From: Candidatus Thorarchaeota archaeon
Lineage (GTDB): Archaea > Asgardarchaeota > Thorarchaeia > Thorarchaeales > Thorarchaeaceae
NCBI GenBank assembly: GCA_048882485.1
Contig: JBHLRP010000003.1
Coordinates: forward strand, 104,260 to 168,259
DNA length: 64,000 nt
Reading direction: 5' to 3'
Shown here: piece by piece, positions 56,457-64,000 of the stretch
How the letters are laid out: every line of letters starts with the position of its first letter
Numbering within the stretch: position 1 is the stretch's first letter
Position numbers and translations under genes: made by a program
Notes under the pieces: generated by a model
What the model saw: only the letters and a program-made list of their open reading frames with translations
What the model was told of the DNA's origin: nothing
The model's database searches: none

Positions 56457-57746
56457 TTGAGCGCTTCTGCCATGGATGACTTAGAGGAACAGCCAGCAGT
56501 AGAACACGCCTTGAATCAGGACAGTGCGAAAGACCAGAAATCAGGGATGTACCAGGTTTGGATGTTGGCGCTTTCTCTGAGTATCCTCCAAATCGGCTTT
56601 GGTATTGTGACGCCAATTTTCCCATTTTATATAGTTGAATTGGGAGTTGGCGCAACGGAGCTTGGTGTGTTGGCGGCATCATTTGCGCTCACAAGAATTC
56701 TCCTAGCAGGTCCATTAGGCGGGTTGTCAGATAGAGTAGGAAGAAAGAGAGTCCTTCTTGCGGCTCTTGCTGGATTCGCTGTTTCGAATGTGATCTATGC
56801 GTTAGCTAACAGCATCATTGTGATGATTATCGCTAGAGCTCTGGAGGGTGGCATTTCTGCGGGGTTCTATCCAGCTGCAAATGCATTTGTTTCGGACATG
56901 ACAACACCTGAGAATAGGGGGACCGCTATGGGGTATCTTAGCATGGGAAATATGGTGGGCTTCGTTATAGGCCCCTCCCTCGGAGGAGTATTGGCTGAAT
57001 TCCTTGGTATCCGTCTTCCTTTCGTGGTTGCAGCAATAGCCAGTCTTGTGACTCTAGTTATACTGAACCTCATCGTTCGCGAGCCTGAACGTCGGACTAC
57101 CCAATCAGAGCTGGAGAAGCACAGAGTCCCTGTAAGAGAGGTATTCGCAAAGAATGCGAAAGTGTACTCTGCACTAGGCATCACAATGTTCGCAAACATG
57201 TTTGCGATTGGCATTCTCGAAGTGGCTTTCATGCTTGATGCCGTCCAGAGATATGCCTTTAGCCCACTCGAGATAGGATTGTTCTTTGGCATTCTTGGAG
57301 TAATTGTCATAATTGGTAACGTCGGGTTTGGGAAGATATCCGATCTGATTGGTCGAAAATGGCTAATTGCAGCTGGGTCTCTTGTCGCAGCATTATCCCT
57401 TTACTTGTTCATGATTGCATCAGGTACCAATGATTTCTACTTGGCTGGTGCAATTCTGGGAGTTGCTATTTCTATGAGAGGTCCCACAATACAAGCAATG
57501 ATTGCTGACCTGTCAGATGCAAGAGCATATGGAAGTGTAATGGGTACGTTCGGTGCAATCAGCAATTCTGCATATGTTGTTGGACCGATTCTAGGTGGTG
57601 TGATGTTTGATACTAGCGGTGATTCAATCTCTGCGATTGGACTGACTGTTGTAGTATCGATAGGCTCTGCTGTAGTGGCTGGAATTGTCCTACCCAGCTA
57701 TAGACCCGCTGAGGCGTCTTTCGACCTCGAGTCAATTGAAGATTAG
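56457..57746 (+). CDS. MFS transporter (DHA1/TetA-like)
   Basis: GGLSDRVGRKRVL and GKISDLIGRK motif A; about 12 TM segments. Confidence 0.92.
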   Translation: MSASAMDDLEEQPAVEHALNQDSAKDQKSGMYQVWMLALSLSILQIGFGIVTPIFPFYIVELGVGATELGVLAASFALTRILLAGPLGGLSDRVGRKRVLLAALAGFAVSNVIYALANSIIVMIIARALEGGISAGFYPAANAFVSDMTTPENRGTAMGYLSMGNMVGFVIGPSLGGVLAEFLGIRLPFVVAAIASLVTLVILNLIVREPERRTTQSELEKHRVPVREVFAKNAKVYSALGITMFANMFAIGILEVAFMLDAVQRYAFSPLEIGLFFGILGVIVIIGNVGFGKISDLIGRKWLIAAGSLVAALSLYLFMIASGTNDFYLAGAILGVAISMRGPTIQAMIADLSDARAYGSVMGTFGAISNSAYVVGPILGGVMFDTSGDSISAIGLTVVVSIGSAVVAGIVLPSYRPAEASFDLESIED

Positions 57747-58657
57747 ACAATCTCAGCTGAAACATATGCGACAACATCGTTGTAGTTACCAGTCATGTCC
57801 CCAGAGTTTGTATATTTCAATACTCCAAATCTTGTAGCACCGCGCTCCCTTGCATATACCATTGCAGTGGCAATAGGGCCAGCACCGCATATGCTGACGC
57901 GGTGGCTTCGAACGAACTCGATGAAGCCCTTAGGGTCCAAGAACTCCAAGTACTCCATTGCCTGGTTGTCCTTCATCTTCGCACTCTCTGCTGATTCGAA
58001 GTGCGTGAAATCTGAACTAGCAATGACAAGAATGTCCATATTGTCAGCTAATGATGCAATTGTCTTTCCAATCGACTCACATAGTTCAAAGGTGGGCTCT
58101 CTGATGCAAATGGGAACAAAGCTAAAGCCCTCCTCAAACATGAATTGAAGAAAGGGGAGTTGCACTTCGATCGAGTGTTCGCTACTATGTGCCACACAAT
58201 CATTAGTTGCATGCTCGTTTTGATTAACAATGGCTGAGCCTAATTCTGTATCATATCGAACCAGACCCAGCGGGGTTTCCCAATTGTCGTTACAGACTGC
58301 CGCTCGAGCCCCAACACCGTAGTGATTAGGGCCAATGATTACAATGTGGTCGGGCTTGCCATCTTCCCAAAGTCGAAGAAAGGTATGCGCAGCGGGCATG
58401 CCCGAGAACATGTAGCCTGCATGTGGGGAAATCACTGCTTTCAGTTCTCTTATCGTCCCAGGATCTCCTTCAGGTAAACGTCCGGGACCAAGTCCTGTTA
58501 GAAAGGAGTTCCGAATTCTCTCTGTTAGAAGATTTGCTTCTCCTTCGTAGAATCTGCCTGCAACCACTGGCATACGAACCATATCAATCCCAGAGTACAT
58601 TGAACATGGTGTGAGAAAAGCATTACCTTCGTTAGCTAACTCACCCATGTTGCTCAA
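57743..58657 (-). CDS. MEMO1-family protein (AmmeMemoRadiSam protein B; start probably 58582)
   Basis: RMPVVAGRFY, SPHAGY, GPNH, EHSIEVQLPFLQ, ASSDFTH and ICGAGP motifs. Confidence 0.93.
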   Translation of the reverse strand: MSNMGELANEGNAFLTPCSMYSGIDMVRMPVVAGRFYEGEANLLTERIRNSFLTGLGPGRLPEGDPGTIRELKAVISPHAGYMFSGMPAAHTFLRLWEDGKPDHIVIIGPNHYGVGARAAVCNDNWETPLGLVRYDTELGSAIVNQNEHATNDCVAHSSEHSIEVQLPFLQFMFEEGFSFVPICIREPTFELCESIGKTIASLADNMDILVIASSDFTHFESAESAKMKDNQAMEYLEFLDPKGFIEFVRSHRVSICGAGPIATAMVYARERGATRFGVLKYTNSGDMTGNYNDVVAYVSAEIV

Positions 58658-59973
58658 AGACGGTCCTTGATCTCCTGTATCAGATTCTCAATCTTGACCT
58701 GTGAGGTGTGCTTTGTCGTCATGTTTCTAAGACTGACCTCACCTTTTTCGAAATCACGCTTGCCTACAATCACCACGAATCTTGCCTTCTTAGAGTCCGC
58801 CTGATCAAGCAGCTTCTTTAGAGGTCTATCCATGATGTCGCATATTCCAGAGATTCCCTCACTTGTAAGGTCTGCGAGGATTTTCATGCCATGCTTTAGC
58901 ATAGGTGTCTTGATTGGAGCTACATAGACATCGATTCCCTGATCTAGCTTCTCACCAAAACCACGTGCCATCAGGATGTCAATTAGGCGATCAATTCCCA
59001 TCGAGATGCCCGTCGCAGGAGTTGGTTGTCCGCCAAACTGCTCGATAAGATTGTCATATCGACCTCCTCCGCCAATAGAGCCAACCTTTGGCTCTCCAAG
59101 ATATGCAACTTCGAATACAGGACCAGTGTAATAATCAAGTCCTCGAGCCAGAGACATATCGAATTCTGTGAATTCTTCTGCTCCACTCTCAGCAAAAATC
59201 TCTGCCATGAGCTTGAGTTCATAAACTCCAGCGATCCCAATATTGGACCCCTCGAGCAGCGATGTGAATTTCTCAAGCGTTTCCAGGCCAGAACCTTTAA
59301 CCTGAATCGCATCGAGTAGGAAATCGCTCTCTTCAGTCCCGACTCCTCTGCTCTTGAGCTCCTCTTGAACTCCTGCTCTGCCAATCTTGTCGAGCTTGTC
59401 AATTGCTCTGAAGCATTCGAATGCCAGGTTATCTGAAACTCCAGCTTTCTCCACCATGCCTTTGAGCACCTTTCGATTGTTGATCCTTATCACATAGCTA
59501 TCTCCAAGAACACGCTTCAGAAACTCTAAAGCCACAAGAACCACCTCAGCGTCAGCAGCTGGGCTGCTAGCGCCCACGATATCGACATCTGCTTGACTGA
59601 ATTCACGGTATCGTCCTGGCTGTGGCCTATCATATCTCCATGCCTTGCCAATTGCGTATCGCTTGAAGGGCTTCGGTAAATGCGGATTTGTAGCTGAGAT
59701 GCGTGCCAATGGAATCGTGAGGTCGAAAATTAGGCCAACCTCGCGGTCTCCTTTGTCCTTGAATTTGAACGTTTCTGCCTCTATTTCTTCGCCGCCTTTT
59801 GCAGAGATTGTTTCCCAGAGTTCCATCGCTGGAGAATCCAACGGTTCATAACCGAAATACTTGAAGACTTCAATCGCAGCGGAAATCAAATACTCCCGTA
59901 TTCTCATCTCAGGACCCATGAGATCCCTCATGCCTCGTACTCGCCTCAACTCTGACAATTGAAAGTCCTCCAC
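58654..59973 (-). CDS. hisS: Histidyl-tRNA synthetase
   Basis: RGMRD, WRYDRPQPGRYREF, ARGLDYYTG and GGGRYD motifs. Confidence 0.97.
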   Translation of the reverse strand: MEDFQLSELRRVRGMRDLMGPEMRIREYLISAAIEVFKYFGYEPLDSPAMELWETISAKGGEEIEAETFKFKDKGDREVGLIFDLTIPLARISATNPHLPKPFKRYAIGKAWRYDRPQPGRYREFSQADVDIVGASSPAADAEVVLVALEFLKRVLGDSYVIRINNRKVLKGMVEKAGVSDNLAFECFRAIDKLDKIGRAGVQEELKSRGVGTEESDFLLDAIQVKGSGLETLEKFTSLLEGSNIGIAGVYELKLMAEIFAESGAEEFTEFDMSLARGLDYYTGPVFEVAYLGEPKVGSIGGGGRYDNLIEQFGGQPTPATGISMGIDRLIDILMARGFGEKLDQGIDVYVAPIKTPMLKHGMKILADLTSEGISGICDIMDRPLKKLLDQADSKKARFVVIVGKRDFEKGEVSLRNMTTKHTSQVKIENLIQEIKDRL

Positions 59974-60115
59974 AAAATTATCGCAGCAGCAACTTCTGAG
60001 CTGGCGGCATAGAGTTCACTAGTTAAGTCATCATTGCGGATGAACTAAGCCACCAACATTCAATGTTGTCACCAACCTCGAGTCGGAGGAGTTGTACTTT
60101 AAGTCTTGCGCTTTA

Positions 60116-61456
60116 TTATGCTATCGGAATAATCCCAAAGAAGAGCAAGAGTATGAAGACCACTACTCCTGCAGCCATGATTAAAGAATCCTTAGCCACC
60201 ATCTTGAGCAAGGCGGTTTCACGGTCTGAAGTGTAGACATAGACCATCTTGTTCAGCACCGATGTTGTGGTGGCAATTATCACCGCATATACTGCAGTAG
60301 CGATTGACATGGTTGTGCTAGCAAATCCAATTCCAACTATTGCAACGATTGCTCCTGCTGAGGCAAATCCTCCGATAAATGCTGCCACGAGAACTCCGAA
60401 GTCGGCATAGACATCTTGCAGGAACAGCGACAAGATTGACACACCAGCAAAAACAAGGGCAAATCGAATGGCCGCTCCAAACTCAAAGGGGGAAGCCAAT
60501 GCGCCTTCAAGTAGGTCATCCTCAACTTCTTCATTCTTCTTGCTAACTCTGAGCATTCGATAGACCCCAACAAGGAATAGGATTGCTAGGGGAATTGTGT
60601 AGTATCTAAGAATCTGAAGCGATGGATCCAGTATGATTAGAATAACTCCATTCCTTAGGACCATTGCCACATTGGCAAGTATCGTTCCTACGGCAGTCCT
60701 ACCCGGAAAAGCCCGCTCAGTACGAACATGGAAATCTGTTAGGCTTGAAACAGTCGCTTCGCTATTAGCGAATCCTCCAAAGAAGCCAAAGAAGTAGGGA
60801 CCCCTCCCTCTGAACTTCTTGACTAGCAGGTAGTTGACAAAGCTTATGCTCAAGAGAATAATTGCGAGTTGATAGATCTGGAATGTGGGAACTGTGATTG
60901 TCCAGAGCTGAACCGTCTGAGGCATTAGTGGCCATAGAAACAATATCAGTACTCCAAGCTCTGCAGCGCTAATCATCTCTTCCCGGGTGATGACTTCCAC
61001 TGCTGCTCTAAATTCTTGTTTGAAGCCGAGTACTAGAAAAACAAGAAATGACACAGTCATTGCAAAGACCTGCAGCGGTCCGATAAGCTGTCCGGGAGCG
61101 GGTAGCTCATCAAGGCCAACAATTGTACCCAGTACGAATGAGATTGCCAAGACAATTGATGTTGTCATTCCTTTTCGCATGGTTCGAAACATCTTGTAGA
61201 TGATTTGGACACCAATCAAGATTGTAGAGACCGTGATTGCGTAAATCAGAATCAGAGCATTGTCTGTTATAGTATAGGTGTAGGCAGAAATGGTCCCAAA
61301 GAGGCTCAGAAGACCAAAGGATCTCACTCCGCCTGGTGATTCAGCAATGTCTCGTTTCTGTCGCTCAAGTCCAATAAGGGCTCCAACGGCGAATCCTATT
61401 AAACATCTTACGACTAGGTCCGAGCTGATGAGTATCGCTTGCATCCTGATCACCAA
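60116..61456 (-). CDS. MgtC/SapB-family membrane protein with a DUF4010-like domain
   Basis: GALIGLERQ, GGVRSF, GMTT, GGFANSEAT and PFEFGAAIRF motifs. Confidence 0.85.
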   Translation of the reverse strand: MVIRMQAILISSDLVVRCLIGFAVGALIGLERQKRDIAESPGGVRSFGLLSLFGTISAYTYTITDNALILIYAITVSTILIGVQIIYKMFRTMRKGMTTSIVLAISFVLGTIVGLDELPAPGQLIGPLQVFAMTVSFLVFLVLGFKQEFRAAVEVITREEMISAAELGVLILFLWPLMPQTVQLWTITVPTFQIYQLAIILLSISFVNYLLVKKFRGRGPYFFGFFGGFANSEATVSSLTDFHVRTERAFPGRTAVGTILANVAMVLRNGVILIILDPSLQILRYYTIPLAILFLVGVYRMLRVSKKNEEVEDDLLEGALASPFEFGAAIRFALVFAGVSILSLFLQDVYADFGVLVAAFIGGFASAGAIVAIVGIGFASTTMSIATAVYAVIIATTTSVLNKMVYVYTSDRETALLKMVAKDSLIMAAGVVVFILLLFFGIIPIA

Positions 61457-61552
61457 TCCGCTTGACGCGGAAACAATGATTTGATGCGAATTCCATTTAA
61501 GGGATTTTATTTTCGCACAACAGAATGAAGAAAAGAGAAGACGAGGCTGACC

Positions 61553-62236
61553 TTAGTCGAGCCTCGTGTTTTCCAAAAGACGAGTGAGTGGAATGTCAAA
61601 ATGCTCTCCGGTTGGCAATGTTCTCCTGACAGTCATCGGGAGGATACGTGCACGGAGTTCTGCTTCCGCCAAGGAGAACAGCTCACCTGGAGCCGTCTTC
61701 ATACTGATCATTATTGGTGCGCCCATTGAGATTTGCAATGCGCGTGCACCGATTATCCTGGCCTTCTCAAATTTGGTAAGCCACTTCGGACCAATAGGAA
61801 TACCCATGGCGGCCTTGTCCGTTTCAAGTCCCGTTTTAAGACTTGACCGAATCTTAGCACGGGCGATCTCCTCAGCGGGAGGAAGCTCGTGAACATCAGG
61901 GTCTGGTTCTGGAGCTTTCTTTCGCTTTGACTTCTTGCCCTTACGAGTAAGGTCGATTTCACCAGCGTCAACAGCTTCTTTCAGCTTCACTGCGGCTGCG
62001 ATGAAATCCACTGCTTTGGCAGTACTGACCCCCGGGACGGCTGCTGCAAGTTCCTCAGAATCTGCTGAAGCTATCTTGTCAATGGTATCATAGCCAGCTG
62101 CGACCAATTTCTCTGCATTCTTTGGTCCCACTGATTGAATGTTCGTGAGTATCTGGGCCTTCTCAGCATCAGATTCCTCAGGAGATTCCTCCTCCTTTTC
62201 AGTTTCCGCGTCCTGTGGGTCGTCTGACATAAGCAC
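61553..62236 (-). CDS. rpoK: RNA polymerase subunit Rpo6/K with an N-terminal acidic and helix-hairpin-helix extension
   Basis: LTKFEKARIIGARALQISMGAP...LPMTVRRTLP core; LTNIQSVGPKNAEKLVAAGY HhH motif. Confidence 0.92.
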   Translation of the reverse strand: MLMSDDPQDAETEKEEESPEESDAEKAQILTNIQSVGPKNAEKLVAAGYDTIDKIASADSEELAAAVPGVSTAKAVDFIAAAVKLKEAVDAGEIDLTRKGKKSKRKKAPEPDPDVHELPPAEEIARAKIRSSLKTGLETDKAAMGIPIGPKWLTKFEKARIIGARALQISMGAPIMISMKTAPGELFSLAEAELRARILPMTVRRTLPTGEHFDIPLTRLLENTRLD

Positions 62237-62263
62237 ACCTGCTCTTTTTGTGATTGACTTTTC

Positions 62264-63916
62264 CTAATCCTCATCGGAGTCGATATCGCCGCCAGGGGCA
62301 CCGCCTGCACCAAAGCCAGATCCCTTTGAGCTGATCACATCGTCTATCTTGAGTATCATTTGCGCAGCTTCGGCCGCTGACATAACAATCTGTTTGTTGA
62401 CGAGTGCTGACTCAATGACTCTCGCCTTCTTCATGTCATCCACCTTGCCCTTGTCAATATTAATGCCGAAGGTCACTTGGCCATTGGCATGGGCATTTCT
62501 GAGATTGACAATCATATCAATGGGATCTAGTCCGGCGTTTTCAGCGAGAGTATTAGGCAATGACTCAATGGCGTCAGCAAATGCATTTACTGCATATTGC
62601 TCGCGTCCCTCGAGTTTCTCGGAATAGTCTCGCAATTGCTTGGCAATCTCTCCAGCCAGAGAACCGCCTCCATAGGTAACATATGGGTGGATTACCACAT
62701 CACGCACAACATAGAGTGCGTCATTTAGTGCACGGTCCACTTCATCCACAATGTGGTCTGTTCCTCCTCTAACGAGAAGAGTGACAACAGATGTCTTCTT
62801 GGTTCCTTCTATAAAGAGCATCTTGTCCTCACCCACAGTCCTCTGCTCTACAAGCTTGGCTGTTCCAAGGTCATCCCTTGTGAGGTTCTGAATCTTAGAC
62901 ACTATTGTTGCACCGGTTGTTTTATGCAATCTCTCTATGTCGGACTTCTTGATTCTCCTCACTGCTAGGATTCCTTCCTTGGCCAAGAAATGCTGGACGA
63001 CGTCGTCAATTCCTTTTTGGGCAATAACGACAGTTGCACCGGACTCGACAATCTTATCCACCATAGACTTGAGCATTCGCTCTTCCTCATCTAGGAAGCT
63101 CTGCATCGATGTGGGATCACTGATTGAGATCTTTGCATCAAACTCAGTCTTCTGTACTTCTAAGGGGCTCTCAAGAAGTAGCAATTTGGCATTCTCAACT
63201 TTCTTGGGCATTCCCGGATGCACTACTTCCTTATCTAAGACAAGACCCTTCACAAGTTCGGTAGCATCCACCGGCATTCCCTCCTGCTTCTGTCGGGGAA
63301 TATCATCGATATTCAATTCCTCGTTTGGGTCTCGATCCTTGTTGATGGCAAGCACCGCGTCCACAACTACCTTTGATAGCTTGTCACGCGAGGTTGAAAC
63401 GAACTTACTAGACATGGCAGTCCTAGCAACATCGAGTAGTATCTTCTTGTATTGACTGCTTTCAGGGTCGACTTCTTCTGCAACATTATCTATTATTTCA
63501 AGTGCCCTATCCGCAGCTTTCCGATATCCACTGATGATGGTCGTCGGATGTATCTTCTGGTCGAGAAGTCCTTCAGCGGTCTTCAACAGATCGCCAGTAA
63601 GGATAGCAGCTGTTGTGGTGCCATCTCCAACCTCTGCATCAACTGTCTTTGCAACCTCAATCACCATCTTTGCAGCAGGATGAGCGACATCCATTTCCTT
63701 CAAGATGGTTGCACCATCATTTGATACAGTCACGTCGCCAAAACTATCAACTAGCATTTTATCAGCACCCTTAGGGCCTAATGCAGACTTGACAGCCTCA
63801 GCAATCACAATTGCAGCCATGATGTTGTTTCTCTGTGCATCACGACCACGGGATCTTTCTGTGCCTTCTTTCAGCACTATTACTGGTACTTGTTGACTCA
63901 ATTCTAGTTCCTCCAC
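62264..63916 (-). CDS. ths: Thermosome (group II chaperonin) subunit
   Basis: LGPKGADKMLVD, SNDGATIL, GDGTTT and ILKIDDVI motifs. Confidence 0.97.
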   Translation of the reverse strand: MEELELSQQVPVIVLKEGTERSRGRDAQRNNIMAAIVIAEAVKSALGPKGADKMLVDSFGDVTVSNDGATILKEMDVAHPAAKMVIEVAKTVDAEVGDGTTTAAILTGDLLKTAEGLLDQKIHPTTIISGYRKAADRALEIIDNVAEEVDPESSQYKKILLDVARTAMSSKFVSTSRDKLSKVVVDAVLAINKDRDPNEELNIDDIPRQKQEGMPVDATELVKGLVLDKEVVHPGMPKKVENAKLLLLESPLEVQKTEFDAKISISDPTSMQSFLDEEERMLKSMVDKIVESGATVVIAQKGIDDVVQHFLAKEGILAVRRIKKSDIERLHKTTGATIVSKIQNLTRDDLGTAKLVEQRTVGEDKMLFIEGTKKTSVVTLLVRGGTDHIVDEVDRALNDALYVVRDVVIHPYVTYGGGSLAGEIAKQLRDYSEKLEGREQYAVNAFADAIESLPNTLAENAGLDPIDMIVNLRNAHANGQVTFGINIDKGKVDDMKKARVIESALVNKQIVMSAAEAAQMILKIDDVISSKGSGFGAGGAPGGDIDSDED

Positions 63917-64000
63917 CTAAGTCGAACTGGAATCATAAAACTGTACATGGACTTCGGGCTGCGCATTTAAAGATTACCTTCCGGCGGCAGTCGGTAGAGC

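Noticed and set aside
22696-58657. Intact AmmeMemoRadiSam operon
   Set aside because: The radical SAM and MEMO1 genes are about 34 kb apart and AMMECR1 is not in the window; dispersal is common in archaea.
59974-60115. tRNA or leader RNA upstream of hisS
   Set aside because: No cloverleaf, T-loop consensus or T-box pattern is discernible.
621-63896. Numerous short antisense or alternative-frame ORFs in the ORF track (e.g. 25724..26254, 40911..41369, 62937..63455)
   Set aside because: They lie within well-supported genes and have no motifs, as expected for shadow ORFs.

Overview
Gene-dense archaeal chromosomal segment. It is most likely from an Asgard archaeon (Thorarchaeia-like). This is inferred from the archaeal thermosome, Rpo6, ThiR and Cdc48 together with several eukaryotic-signature proteins: two Roadblock proteins, gelsolin-like proteins, longin-domain proteins and an alpha-SNAP-like protein. 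About 1-13.4 kb is an apparently AT-richer surface-glycan island. It holds a bacterial-type MaoC/ACP/acyl-AMP ligase/Fe-ADH/LuxE/LuxC/LpxD-like acyl-tailoring operon, glycosyltransferases, a PIG-L deacetylase and a nucleotidyltransferase plus TagF-like pair. The rest is core and accessory genes: a GlcD/GlpC-like oxidoreductase pair, Alg14/Alg13, radical SAM enzymes, Hsp20-Cdc48, a GH38 mannosidase, a thiamine ABC transporter with ThiR, HisRS, Rpo6 and the thermosome. The best candidates for undescribed systems are: (1) a tandem pair of longin + double winged-helix paralogues with NPRL2/NPRL3 (GATOR1)-like architecture beside a Roadblock gene and an orphan NifB; (2) an AN1-zinc-finger site-2 protease divergent from Hsp20-Cdc48 and a cytosolic GH38 mannosidase, resembling ERAD; (3) a cluster of gelsolin, SNAP-like, Roadblock and poly-proline genes; (4) an ACP-dependent acylation pathway in an archaeon. 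I recognised no rRNA, tRNA, CRISPR array or transposase. All family calls come from recalled motifs; no database search was run.
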